A stretch of 64,000 bases of DNA from Candidatus Latescibacterota bacterium (GCA_965215195.1 CBDCDC010000002.1:2080001-2144000), one strand, 5' to 3'; counted from the first letter of the stretch, positions 18,078 through 27,756 are shown. Numbers and translations: made by a program. Notes: generated from the letters alone by a model not told the origin.

Positions 18078-19748
18078 ATGAAGTATGTGTTTTGTCTCGC
18101 AGCAGCGGTTGTTCTCCACCTGCCGGCAAAGGCCGAGGTCCAGTTCGCCGATGTCACTGCTGAGGCTGGGATTGCCTTTCGCCACCAGAATGGGGCGACA
18201 GGGGAAAAGCATCTCCCGGAGACGCAGGGTTCGGGAGTGGCTTTCTTTGATTACGACGCCGATGGCTGGCTCGACCTATACTTTGTCAACATCGCCGGGC
18301 CGGGGGGCCTTTACCGCAATCGAGGCGACGGGCACTTTGAGGAGATCGCGGCCACTGCCGGGGTGGCCGAATCGGGCCACGGGATGGGCTGTGCCGCGGC
18401 AGACTACGACCAGGACGGCGATCTCGACCTCTACATCACTTGCTACGGGCCCAATATCCTCTACCGCAACAATGGCGATGGGCGCTTTACCGATGTGACA
18501 AGCCGCTCGGGGGTGGGCCATCCGGGTTGGAGTGCAGGAGCGGCTTTTGCAGACTACGACCAAGACGGCGATCCCGACCTCTATGTGGCCAATTACGTGG
18601 AGTACCCGCCGGAGGTAAACCCGCCCTGCATTCAAGCCAAAGGGCTACAGGTCTACTGCGGACCCGAGGCCTTCGACCCACAGGCGGATGTCTTCTTCCG
18701 CAACGAGGGGGACCAAACCTTCGCAGACGTTAGCGATGCAGTCGGCTTGCTGCCCCGGGCGGCCAAGGAACTAGGAGCTTTTTTCAGCGACTACGACCAA
18801 GACGGCGACCTAGATCTTTACGCGGCCGGCGATCGCACGCCCAATCTGCTCTACCGCAATGACGGGGACCGCTTCGCCGAAGTCGGTGTCCTCGCCGGGG
18901 TTGCTTTTAACGACGCCGGCGAGGCACTAGCCGGAATGGGGGTCGATTCGGGAGACTACGACAACGATGGGCTCTTCGACTTCTTCGTGACCAACTATCA
19001 GTGGGAGACCAACAATCTCTACCGCAACTTAGGGAACGGGTTTTTCGCCGATACCACCTTCGAGTCGGGATTGGGCATGCCGAGCCTGAGATTCTTGGCT
19101 TGGGGAACGGTCTTCTTCGACTACGACAACGACGGCGATGGCGACCTCTTCGTGGCCAACGGTCACTTAGATGACAATGTGGAGCTATTCGACACTAGCG
19201 TGACCTATGCCCAGCAGAACCAACTTTTCAGGAACGACGGTCGGGGTAGATTCGCCGATGTGACTAATTCGGCGGGATCGGGCTTGGCGCTGGTGCAGGT
19301 GAGCCGCGGGGCAGCGGTCGGGGATTACGATGAAGATGGAGATCTGGATCTGGTCGTCTCCAATAATAACCAGCCGGCTGCGCTCCTACGCAACGACGGG
19401 GGGAACCAGAATCGCTGGCTGGCTATCAAACTTGTCGGGAATTATGCTCCTGCCTCCTCTGGTCCTTCACAGGGTCAGCTTCGGGGACCCTCCAGCAACC
19501 GGGACGGCATTGGGGCCTTGGTCAAAGTCGTGGCAGGTGGTCGCTTGCAGATCGACGAAGTCAGGAGTGGGTCGAGTTTTCTGTGTCAGGATGATCTGCG
19601 TCTCTATTTTGGTCTTGGTGCGGCAAAAAAAGCAGAGCTGGTGGAGGTGCGCTGGCCTAGCGGTATCGTCGAACAGCTCACGGACGTGGCGGCCAACCAA
19701 GTACTCACTCTGTACGAACCGGATACATCCGTGAAACCTAGGCCTTAA
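18078..19748 (+). CDS. CRTAC1-family protein (FG-GAP/VCBS repeats plus ASPIC/UnbV)
   Basis: Repeated DYDxDGDLDL motifs; C-terminal SNRDGIGA...LYFGLG...VRWPSG. Start is 18069 or 18078. Confidence 0.9.
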   Translation: MKYVFCLAAAVVLHLPAKAEVQFADVTAEAGIAFRHQNGATGEKHLPETQGSGVAFFDYDADGWLDLYFVNIAGPGGLYRNRGDGHFEEIAATAGVAESGHGMGCAAADYDQDGDLDLYITCYGPNILYRNNGDGRFTDVTSRSGVGHPGWSAGAAFADYDQDGDPDLYVANYVEYPPEVNPPCIQAKGLQVYCGPEAFDPQADVFFRNEGDQTFADVSDAVGLLPRAAKELGAFFSDYDQDGDLDLYAAGDRTPNLLYRNDGDRFAEVGVLAGVAFNDAGEALAGMGVDSGDYDNDGLFDFFVTNYQWETNNLYRNLGNGFFADTTFESGLGMPSLRFLAWGTVFFDYDNDGDGDLFVANGHLDDNVELFDTSVTYAQQNQLFRNDGRGRFADVTNSAGSGLALVQVSRGAAVGDYDEDGDLDLVVSNNNQPAALLRNDGGNQNRWLAIKLVGNYAPASSGPSQGQLRGPSSNRDGIGALVKVVAGGRLQIDEVRSGSSFLCQDDLRLYFGLGAAKKAELVEVRWPSGIVEQLTDVAANQVLTLYEPDTSVKPRP

Positions 19749-19760
19749 AAGCAGGAGTAG

Positions 19761-21125
19761 ATGGGCATGGTCCGGGTTTTGTCGATTGCGGTAGCCATTG
19801 CCGTGCTTGTTAGCTGCGGAGATAATGATGCCGGCCCGGTATCATCCATTAGAACCGCTGACTGCTCTGAAGTAGAGATACATTGGGAAGGGGACTTTTC
19901 GCTTGCCACTCCAGAAGATCTAAAGGCCCTAGCAGGCGATGGCAACAGTTGCTTTACTATTAGCGGCAAACTGATCATTGAGCGAACGACCCTGACCGGC
20001 TTGGAGGGCTTGCGCAACCTCTACAGTGTCGGCGGTTTGCGACTGCGCTCCAATCTAGCCCTGACCAGCCTAGAGGGCTTGCACGAGCTCACTCGCATCG
20101 AAGGGGATCTGGAAATCGTCAACAATCGAACGTTGACCAATGTGGATGGCTTGCACAAGCTCACCCGCATTGGGGGCAAGCTGGAAATTAGAGACAATGC
20201 GTCCCTGACCAGCCTGGAGGGCCTGCACAACCTCACCCGCATCGATGGAGACTTGGGGATCTTCGGCAATGAGCCTCTGGACTATGAGGAAAGAACGCGA
20301 AGACATGCTCACAGCCTAGGCGACGAGCAAGCAGCGCGCGAGTCCGCGGGAAGCATCTTCAGCGACGGTGAGGCCCTGTCCAACCTAGAGGGTCTGCACA
20401 ACCTGCAAAGCATTGGGGGATCGCTCAAGCTCGGCCTCCCTATTGTCGGCTATAACTTTGGTCTAACTACTCTGGAGGGCCTGCGCAGCCTGCAAAGCAT
20501 TGAGGGCGATCTGCACATCCAGCACAATTTTGCTCTGACCAGCCTCGAAGGTCTGCACAACGTGCAAAGCGTCGGCGGCGAACTGCATATCCTGCACAAC
20601 GACCTTCTGACCACTCTAAAGGGCTTGGACAACTTGCGAAGCATCGGAGACAACCTAAGTCTCTACCGCAATGTCTCTCTGACCAGCCTGAAAGGTTTGC
20701 ACAACGTGCAAAGCGTTGGAGATGAATTGATAATTCGCGACAATAGACTGCTGGCCAGCCTAGAGGGCCTGCGCAGCCTCCAGAGCGTCGGCCGGGCTCT
20801 GATGATCTGGGGCAGCGATGCCTTAAAGGACCTAAAGGGCTTGGACAAGCTCACTCGGATCGAGAATCTCCTGATCCACGAAAATAATTCTCTAGCCTGT
20901 CTCAAAGGTTTGGACAACCTGCAAAGCGTCGGAAATGTCCTACAGATAGACGGCAATAGGTCTTTGGCCAGCCTCGACGGTTTGGGCAACCTGCAAAGCG
21001 TCGGGGAACGCCTGTGGATTGAGGACAACCCCAACCTGCCAAGCGATCTGGTTCAAGAATTTGCCGCCAGAATGATTGAAGGTGGCTTTGGGGGCGAGAT
21101 TACTATTATGGGCAATCAGCCATAG
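19761..21125 (+). CDS. Leucine-rich repeat (receptor L-domain-like) lipoprotein
   Basis: Lipobox LVSC; many tandem LTSLEGLxNLQSIGGxLxIxxN repeats. Confidence 0.85.
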   Translation: MGMVRVLSIAVAIAVLVSCGDNDAGPVSSIRTADCSEVEIHWEGDFSLATPEDLKALAGDGNSCFTISGKLIIERTTLTGLEGLRNLYSVGGLRLRSNLALTSLEGLHELTRIEGDLEIVNNRTLTNVDGLHKLTRIGGKLEIRDNASLTSLEGLHNLTRIDGDLGIFGNEPLDYEERTRRHAHSLGDEQAARESAGSIFSDGEALSNLEGLHNLQSIGGSLKLGLPIVGYNFGLTTLEGLRSLQSIEGDLHIQHNFALTSLEGLHNVQSVGGELHILHNDLLTTLKGLDNLRSIGDNLSLYRNVSLTSLKGLHNVQSVGDELIIRDNRLLASLEGLRSLQSVGRALMIWGSDALKDLKGLDKLTRIENLLIHENNSLACLKGLDNLQSVGNVLQIDGNRSLASLDGLGNLQSVGERLWIEDNPNLPSDLVQEFAARMIEGGFGGEITIMGNQP

Positions 21126-21460
21126 TGGAAGCCCGCTGCCAGATGCACCTCTCGTCCTGTATTCTAGGTCGCCAGCGATGATGCGGCGGAAATAGGCACC
21201 GGCATTGCGCAGGGAAACTATTATACAGGAGGCTTCATGCGACAAGTAAAATTTGGGTAGTATCCCTACCGAGCGCGTAAAGGGCGATAACTAAAAAAAT
21301 CTTGACTTCTTTAAACATTATTATTTAACTAGCCCTCAATGATTTATAATGAAGGAGGTAAAGCTCCCTCGCGTAGCGTCCAGTTTTCCATTCCTTCCTA
21401 ATCCCTGAATTGTACTCATAAATGTGCAACTGGGAGACCCTCTATTAGGGGAGATCTAAA

Positions 21461-22417
21461 ATGAAAAAATCTATTCTTTTGCTTTTGCCGTGTGCTTTGG
21501 CTCTGGCTCTTAGCGGGCCAGCTTTGGCACACACGGGCTTAGAGTTTTTTCTCCAAGAAGTGCCCGATCCTGACGCCATGACCATGGACGGCGATGACAG
21601 CGACTGGGGCTGGTTCGACAACGATCTCGCCTTGGACAGCAATTTGGATTTTTATGTGACATCAGGCGAAGTTGCTAACCCAGAGGATTATTCTGCCACT
21701 TGGCGGATAGCCTATTCTCGTCCACCCGACAACCGGCTCTACTTCTTTCTCCGGATTCAGGACGACTCCTTACGGCGGCAGGAGCCAGACTTGAAACGCA
21801 TGTGGCACGATGATTTCACCCAGTTCAACCTCGACAACGACCACTCGGGCGGTCCCGGCTTGGGGGCCAACTTGGACGAGGCGAGCAACCACCAGCGCTA
21901 TCATCTGCGCATATTGCCGGGTCCAGATGGAGTAGCGGCCTTCAACAGCCAGATCGAGGTGCTCGGCGACGAGAACTTGAGCTGGAATCAGGATGTAGAC
22001 CTTTTTGGCAACGCCACGGACGTATGGGATCTTGCCTGGACGGTTACCCCGCCGGATGCCCAGCACGGCACTCTGGATATAGAAGTCACTTGGGAAGCCC
22101 GGCTCAAAACCTACGATGCCGTTGGCCTGAGCGAGGCGGAGAGCGTACGGCACGTGTATGAGGCTGGTCAGGTCACCCACCTTGGGCCGCGGCTCACCGA
22201 TAACGACGGCAGCCTATTTCAGTACGATTTTTATCTGCAGGATAGATTTACCGGTGTTCAAAACCCGGCCCAATATGGCACAGAGGGGGATCAGTTTCCC
22301 GACTGGTTTTTGATAGGATGCGAAGACTGCCCCAATGCCGGAGGATCAGGAGCAACCGCAGTGGAGAGTTCCTCTTGGGGCCGGATCAAAAGTCATCTGA
22401 GCAATCAGTTGCGCTGA
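21461..22417 (+). CDS. Secreted protein, DOMON/CBM9-like, with C-terminal TAVESSSWGRIK motif (tandem copy A)
   Basis: Signal peptide; MTMDGDDSDW and LYFFLRIQDD motifs; 957 bp. Confidence 0.75.
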   Translation: MKKSILLLLPCALALALSGPALAHTGLEFFLQEVPDPDAMTMDGDDSDWGWFDNDLALDSNLDFYVTSGEVANPEDYSATWRIAYSRPPDNRLYFFLRIQDDSLRRQEPDLKRMWHDDFTQFNLDNDHSGGPGLGANLDEASNHQRYHLRILPGPDGVAAFNSQIEVLGDENLSWNQDVDLFGNATDVWDLAWTVTPPDAQHGTLDIEVTWEARLKTYDAVGLSEAESVRHVYEAGQVTHLGPRLTDNDGSLFQYDFYLQDRFTGVQNPAQYGTEGDQFPDWFLIGCEDCPNAGGSGATAVESSSWGRIKSHLSNQLR

Positions 22418-22525
22418 GTACTTTTTATGCTAATTTTTTCAGTAAACCCACCTTGGGCGATCCGACCCAAGCCCATGTCGGCACATAGGTGCAGACTGGG
22501 AAACCATCCAATAGGAGAGGAGAAC

Positions 22526-23482
22526 ATGAAAAGATTCACAATTTTGCCTTTGGCATGCGCGTTAGCTCTAACTTTTAGCGGGCCGGCTTTGGCACACACG
22601 GGCCTAGAGTTTTTCCTGCAAGAAGTGCCCGATCCTGACGCCATGACCATGGACGGCGATGACAGCGACTGGGGCTGGTTCGACAACGATCTCGCCTTGG
22701 ACAGCGCTTTGGATTTTCACGAGAGAAATGACAACGCCCTCGAGCCAGACGATTATGCTGCTACTCTCCGGCTGGCCTATTCTCGTTCGCCAGACAACCG
22801 GCTCTACTTCTTTTTCCGGATTCAGGACGATTCCCTGCGGCGGCAGGAGCCAGACTTGAAACGCATGTGGCACGATGATTTCACCCAGTTCAACCTCGAC
22901 AACGACCACTCGGGCGGTCCCGGCTTGGGGGCCAACTTGGACGAGGCGAGCAACCACCAGCGCTACCATATGCGCATATTGCCGGGTCCAGATGGAGTAG
23001 CGGCCTTCAACAGCCAGATCGAGGTGCTCGGCGACGAGAACTTGAGCTGGAATCAGGATGTAGATCTTTTTGGCAACGCCACGGACGTATGGGATCTCGC
23101 CTGGACGGTTACCCCGTCGGATGCCCAGCACGGCACTTTGGATATAGAAGTCACTTGGGAAGCCCGGCTCAAAACCTATGACGCCGTTGGCCTAAGCGAG
23201 GCGGAGAGCGTAAGGCACGTGTATGAGGCTGGTCAGGTCACCCACATTGGGCCGCGGCTCGTCGATAGCGACGGCAGCTTGTATCAGCACGATATGTGGC
23301 TGAAGGATAGATTTACCGGAGCTGAAAACCCGCTCACATATGACACACAGGGGGATGGGTTTCCCGACTGGATTTTGCTGGAATGCGAAAACTGCCCCAA
23401 TGCCGGAGGATCAGGAGCAACCGCGGTGGAGAGTTCCTCTTGGGGCCGGATCAAAAGTCATCTGAGCAATCAGTTGCGCTGA
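22526..23482 (+). CDS. Secreted protein, DOMON/CBM9-like (tandem copy B)
   Basis: ATG 22526 after GGAGAGGAG; also 957 bp, near-identical to copy A. Confidence 0.75.
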   Translation: MKRFTILPLACALALTFSGPALAHTGLEFFLQEVPDPDAMTMDGDDSDWGWFDNDLALDSALDFHERNDNALEPDDYAATLRLAYSRSPDNRLYFFFRIQDDSLRRQEPDLKRMWHDDFTQFNLDNDHSGGPGLGANLDEASNHQRYHMRILPGPDGVAAFNSQIEVLGDENLSWNQDVDLFGNATDVWDLAWTVTPSDAQHGTLDIEVTWEARLKTYDAVGLSEAESVRHVYEAGQVTHIGPRLVDSDGSLYQHDMWLKDRFTGAENPLTYDTQGDGFPDWILLECENCPNAGGSGATAVESSSWGRIKSHLSNQLR

Positions 23483-23524
23483 GTACTTTTTATCTGATTT
23501 TTTCATTCTGACGCTGATCGTCGG

Positions 23525-23557
23525 ACATTGGGCAGAGAGTTTCTCTCTGCCCAATGT
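23525..23557 (+). terminator. Probable intrinsic terminator hairpin
   Basis: Perfect 15-bp stem ACATTGGGCAGAGAG/CTCTCTGCCCAATGT between convergent genes; weak U-tract. Confidence 0.6.
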
Positions 23558-23702
23558 TGGTTCTACCCCCCGTATCCCGCACGACGAACCGCAAAAGCCC
23601 CTTAGCAGCAGTGAGAAGATCCTGTTTTTCGCGCCAAGGTGCCGCCCCGTTAGGTGATCCGCGGGAGCGGTACGCGCAATTCAGCTTTCATCTGTGAACA
23701 AA

Positions 23703-24701
23703 TTACGAATCGCGGGCACAGGCTGGTCGGCGGCGGAGCAAGCCTTGCGCCCAGCACCAGTTGATCGTCCGCGTCAACCCTTCCTCTGGGTCCGTGTAGG
23801 TTAGGCCCAACTCAGCGGTGGCACGGCTTCCGTCGGCGCGGAAGCCGTGTGCGGCGAGGCGGTAGGTTTCCCAAGACAGGACCGGCGGTCTGCGGGTCAG
23901 GCGCGAAAGAGCCTCACCGCCGAGCGCGTAGGGTGCGGCCAGCGGAGCGGGAATGGTCGGCGGCGACCAGTGCCCGGCCAACCCACAGACCAGCCGGCCG
24001 AGTTCGGTCAATTTGCCGACTGTGCCCGCGAGTATATAGCACTCCCCGACCCGACCATTTTCAGCCGCCAGCACGTGCCCCCGAGCCGCGTCGTCAATGT
24101 ACACCAAGCTCACCCAGCCGGGAAAGAGCGCGGGGACCCGACCGTTGAGCAGGCTAAGGATAAAGCGCCCGGTGGGCTTGCGGTCGCCCGGGCCGTAGAT
24201 GGCAGCGGGCTGGACGCAGATGAGCGGCACTCCCTTTTCCACATAAGTGAACGCCACCTGCTCGGCTGCGCGTTTGGCCTTTTCATAACTTGAAAGGAAG
24301 TAGCCGCGATGGACCGTTGTCTCGGTGGCGACGTGGCCTTTGGCCTCGCCAATGCAGACGGCTGTGCTGGTATAGACGACCTTGGCGACGCCGACTGCCA
24401 ACGCCGCCGCCATGGCGTTGCGAGTACCCTCGGTTTCAGTGGCCAAGAGTTCGGCCTCGTCCAACCCCCACAAGTCGTAGAGAGCCGCGGCGTGGAAGAG
24501 GGTATCGCACCCTTCAAGCGCGGCTTCAATGCTCGCACGGACGAGGATGTCGCCGCGGACGATTTCCACGCCTAGGGCCTCCAGCACCTCAGTCTGGCTG
24601 GTGGGCCGCGCCAGCACCCGGACTTGTGCGCCGCCAGCGACGAGGGTATGCACCAAGGCTCCGCCGACAAAGCCGGTGCCGCCAGTTACCAACGCCCGCA
24701 T
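23703..24701 (-). CDS. NAD-dependent epimerase/dehydratase (HpnA/dihydroflavonol reductase-like)
   Basis: VTGGTGFVG, FHAAA, YEKAK, IYGPGD. Confidence 0.85.
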   Translation of the reverse strand: MRALVTGGTGFVGGALVHTLVAGGAQVRVLARPTSQTEVLEALGVEIVRGDILVRASIEAALEGCDTLFHAAALYDLWGLDEAELLATETEGTRNAMAAALAVGVAKVVYTSTAVCIGEAKGHVATETTVHRGYFLSSYEKAKRAAEQVAFTYVEKGVPLICVQPAAIYGPGDRKPTGRFILSLLNGRVPALFPGWVSLVYIDDAARGHVLAAENGRVGECYILAGTVGKLTELGRLVCGLAGHWSPPTIPAPLAAPYALGGEALSRLTRRPPVLSWETYRLAAHGFRADGSRATAELGLTYTDPEEGLTRTINWCWAQGLLRRRPACARDS

Positions 24702-25543
24702 CAGGCGGCGGCTTCGGCACCTAAATGTTGGCGTAAAAAGACGCGCAGTGGCACGTCTTCATTCGTGGGCGAGGTGTACCCGTAGCCGCCGCTAGGCGCA
24801 TACCCTAGCAGCTGGCGGCGGATCGGATCACAGCGCTCAAAAAGGTGTTCAACGGTCTGGTCGTCGCGGGGGCGGAGCCAGCGATACGAGTACCCGTAGA
24901 AGAGCACCTTGCGGGCAATAGCCGAGGCATTGGAACTGGCCGAGTGCCAGATCCGGCGGTCGAAGAGCACCGCACCGCCCTGCGGCACCAGCACTGGGAC
25001 GGCGTTGCGGGGCAAAGTGCCGTCGTCGGGAATAGCATACGCATCCAGCAAATGACTGCCGGGCACGACCCAGAAATTGGCGCGACCTGCTGCCGAACAG
25101 TCGCTGAGAAAGTAGCCCATCTTGACCGAAATCCGCGGCCGGGGGCTGGACTCAATCTCGTGGTTGACGCGGTCCGAGTCTTGGTGCCAGCCCTGCATCT
25201 CGACTTGGCGGTTGTGAGGCTCGGCGGGCGGGCTGTAGGCGAGGACGGTGTGGTAAATCTGGATATTCCAGCCGAGTGTTCCCCAGACCTTGGGCAGTGC
25301 GCGAGGCCAATCGACCAAGTCTAGGTAGCGCTCGTCGCGTCCAATCATGTCGCGAACGGTCAGACGGGCGTGGGGGCCGACGCCGCGCTTTTGGCGCTCG
25401 TCGGCGTCAACTTGGTCGGAGACTTCCACGAGTGCGTCAACCACGTCGGGAGGCAGGATCTCGTCAAAGACGAGGTAGCCGCGCTGGGTGAACTCTAGGC
25501 GTTCAGCCTCGGTCAACATGTATTGCAAGCAAGAAGAATCCAT
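24701..25543 (-). CDS. PhyH-family Fe(II)/2-oxoglutarate dioxygenase
   Basis: WHQD...VPGSH...IWHSA...R triad and motifs. Confidence 0.85.
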   Translation of the reverse strand: MDSSCLQYMLTEAERLEFTQRGYLVFDEILPPDVVDALVEVSDQVDADERQKRGVGPHARLTVRDMIGRDERYLDLVDWPRALPKVWGTLGWNIQIYHTVLAYSPPAEPHNRQVEMQGWHQDSDRVNHEIESSPRPRISVKMGYFLSDCSAAGRANFWVVPGSHLLDAYAIPDDGTLPRNAVPVLVPQGGAVLFDRRIWHSASSNASAIARKVLFYGYSYRWLRPRDDQTVEHLFERCDPIRRQLLGYAPSGGYGYTSPTNEDVPLRVFLRQHLGAEAAA

Positions 25544-25582
25544 GGAAGCCCCCAGCCAAGCGGCGAGCTATTGGGCCGCAAA

Positions 25583-26875
25583 CTACAGGTCGTATCCCGC
25601 TTCGCCGTGTTCGCTCAAGTCAAGCCCGTCGCCCTCGGTCTCCGCATCTACGCGCAGGCCGCTGACTAAGTCGATGACCTTGAGAATGACAAACGAGACG
25701 ACTAGGGTGTAAACGGCTGCGCCGACCGCGGCGAAGGCTTGAATGCCAAACTGTTTGCCCATGTTTAAGCCCTCGACGGTGCCGCCCAAGGTGGTCGAGG
25801 CGAAGAAGGACACCAGCAGAACTCCGACTAAGCCGCCGAAGCCGTGAACCCCCACTACGTCGAGCGCGTCGTCGTACCCGCAGGTGCGCTTGAGCCAAGT
25901 GGCGGCCCAATAGGCGACGAGGCCGGAGCACAGGCCGATGGCAAAAGCACCGAGCGGTCCCACCGTGCCCGAGGCCGGGGTAATGGCCGCTAGGCCGGCG
26001 ATGGCGCCGGTGGCAAAGCCGAGGGCACTCGGTTTGCCGTTTCTGATCCATTCGATAAAAATCCAAGTCAGCGCCGCGACGCTGGGCGAGATTTGGGTGA
26101 CCACGACCGCCATAGCCGCCTGCCCATTCGCCGCCAAGGCACTGCCGCCATTGAAGCCGAACCACCCAACCCAGAGCATGGCCGTGCCCACGAGGTTCAT
26201 GGTCATGTTGTGCGGGGGCATGGGCTGCTCGGGATAGCCAGTGCGCTTGCCGACGAGGATCGCGGCTACCAACGCGGCTGCCCCGGCCGTGATGTGGACG
26301 ACGATGCCGCCGGCAAAGTCAAAGACGCCCATTGCGCCCAAGTAGCCGCCCTCTCCCCAGACCATGTGCGTGATGGGCAGATAAACCAAAACGCACCACA
26401 GCCCGCTGAACCACAGCACGGCCGAAAACTTCATGCGCTCGGCAAAGGCACCGACAAAAAGCCCGGGGGTGATGATGGCAAACGTCATCTGGAAGACGAA
26501 GAAGAGCAATTCCGGGATGGTGCCCGCGAGGCTATCCACGGTGACGCCGCTGAGAAAGGACTTGGACAGGCCGCCGATGAAGGGGTTGTTGGCCGTAAAG
26601 GCCAAGCTATAGCCGAAAATGGTCCACAAGACCGTGATCAGGGCCGCAATCCCAAAGCAGTGCATATAGACCGAGAGCACGTTGCGAGTGCGGACCAGAC
26701 CGGCGTAAAACATGGCCAAGCCCGGGATCATCATAAAGAGAACCAAGCCGGTGGAAATCAGGATCCAAGCCGTGTCGCCGGTGTCGAGCTTGTCTTGGGC
26801 GAAGCTAGCATTGGGAACTGCCAAGAAAATTAGAGCTAGCAGGGCGAGGGTGCCCCACTTTCTGCGAATCAGCAT
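25583..26875 (-). CDS. amtB: Ammonium transporter
   Basis: DTGDTAW, FQMTFAIITP, DFAGGIVVH, GWFGFNGGS, DDALDVVGVHG; ATG at 26875 after GGAGG. Confidence 0.95.
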   Translation of the reverse strand: MLIRRKWGTLALLALIFLAVPNASFAQDKLDTGDTAWILISTGLVLFMMIPGLAMFYAGLVRTRNVLSVYMHCFGIAALITVLWTIFGYSLAFTANNPFIGGLSKSFLSGVTVDSLAGTIPELLFFVFQMTFAIITPGLFVGAFAERMKFSAVLWFSGLWCVLVYLPITHMVWGEGGYLGAMGVFDFAGGIVVHITAGAAALVAAILVGKRTGYPEQPMPPHNMTMNLVGTAMLWVGWFGFNGGSALAANGQAAMAVVVTQISPSVAALTWIFIEWIRNGKPSALGFATGAIAGLAAITPASGTVGPLGAFAIGLCSGLVAYWAATWLKRTCGYDDALDVVGVHGFGGLVGVLLVSFFASTTLGGTVEGLNMGKQFGIQAFAAVGAAVYTLVVSFVILKVIDLVSGLRVDAETEGDGLDLSEHGEAGYDL

Positions 26876-26908
26876 ATCGAACCTCCCTTTTGACTGGTAT
26901 ATACGAAA

Positions 26909-26938
26909 ATTATGGCCACTGCCCAACATTATTGTCAA
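26909..26938 (-). promoter_or_regulatory. Candidate sigma70 promoter for amtB
   Basis: TTGACA-N18-CATAAT on the minus strand, ~35 nt upstream of the start codon. Confidence 0.45.
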
Positions 26939-27071
26939 AAAAGCTGCGGGCCGCTCGTTGCCAACAGGCAAATTTGTGCGTGGAAGGGCTCAGGGCTATT
27001 GCCGCGGACGATCCGATCTATGGGCGGGTGCTGGGGCAGGCCCCACCCGACAGTAGCAAGTACGCGCCATG

Positions 27072-27111
27072 ATTGTATTTTATTACAATAAATTGCCATT
27101 AAAGGTATATT
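27072..27111 (+). promoter_or_regulatory. Palindromic operator and -10 box upstream of the AbiEi-like gene
   Basis: ATTGTA-N6-TACAAT inverted repeat; TATATT 6 nt before ATG with no RBS (possibly leaderless). Confidence 0.4.
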
Positions 27112-27117
27112 GTTGCT

Positions 27118-27756
27118 ATGAAATTCGATCAGTTACTCGCCATCGTCGCCAATGAGCCGGTGTTTGAAACCGGCCTGCTCTTGGCCGGGTCCGTCGACCC
27201 AAGCGATATGCGGCGACAGCTCGTGCGCTGGACCCAAGCCGGACGGCTGTACCAGCTACGGCGCGGGCTGTACGCACTGGCACCGCCCTATCGCCAAACC
27301 GCACCCCATCCCTTCCTCGTCGCCAATCGCCTAGTGCGCGGCTCTTATGTCAGCGGTTTGTCGGCATTGGCACACGCCGGCGCGATTCCCGAGTACGTGC
27401 CGGAAGTGACCAGCGCGACAGCTAAGCGTCCCCAGCTCCGCCAGACGCCGCTAGGGCGCTTTTCCTTTCGCCATCTCAAGACCAATCTGCTCTACGGGTA
27501 CCAACAAGTAGAGTTGGCGCGGGGCCAGTCGGCTTTTGTCGCCGCGCCGGAAAAGGCGCTGCTCGATTTGATTTATCTACAGCCACATGGCGATGCACCG
27601 GCTTATATCAATGAACTGCGCCTCGACTTGGGAACTCTTGACCTAAAGAAGCTGGATCGCCTAGCTGCCATTGCCGCCCGTCCCAAACTGCTGCGGGCCG
27701 CCCGGCGCATTCGCACCCTAGCCCGAGACGCGATGTTGGGCTACGAGACGCTGTGA
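27118..27756 (+). CDS. Type IV toxin-antitoxin antitoxin, AbiEi-like
   Basis: LRRGLY, SYVSGLSAL, APEKALLDLIY motifs. Confidence 0.8.
   Translation: MKFDQLLAIVANEPVFETGLLLAGSVDPSDMRRQLVRWTQAGRLYQLRRGLYALAPPYRQTAPHPFLVANRLVRGSYVSGLSALAHAGAIPEYVPEVTSATAKRPQLRQTPLGRFSFRHLKTNLLYGYQQVELARGQSAFVAAPEKALLDLIYLQPHGDAPAYINELRLDLGTLDLKKLDRLAAIAARPKLLRAARRIRTLARDAMLGYETL

Noticed and set aside
19990-21010. Nucleotide-level periodic repeats
   Set aside because: Fully explained by the LRR protein repeats.
21461-23482. Diversity-generating retroelement TR/VR pair
   Set aside because: Differences are not adenine-specific, both copies are full genes, and there is no reverse transcriptase in the window.
26876-27117. 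glnK gene or nitrogen riboswitch beside amtB
   Set aside because: No PII-like ORF or recognisable riboswitch consensus seen.
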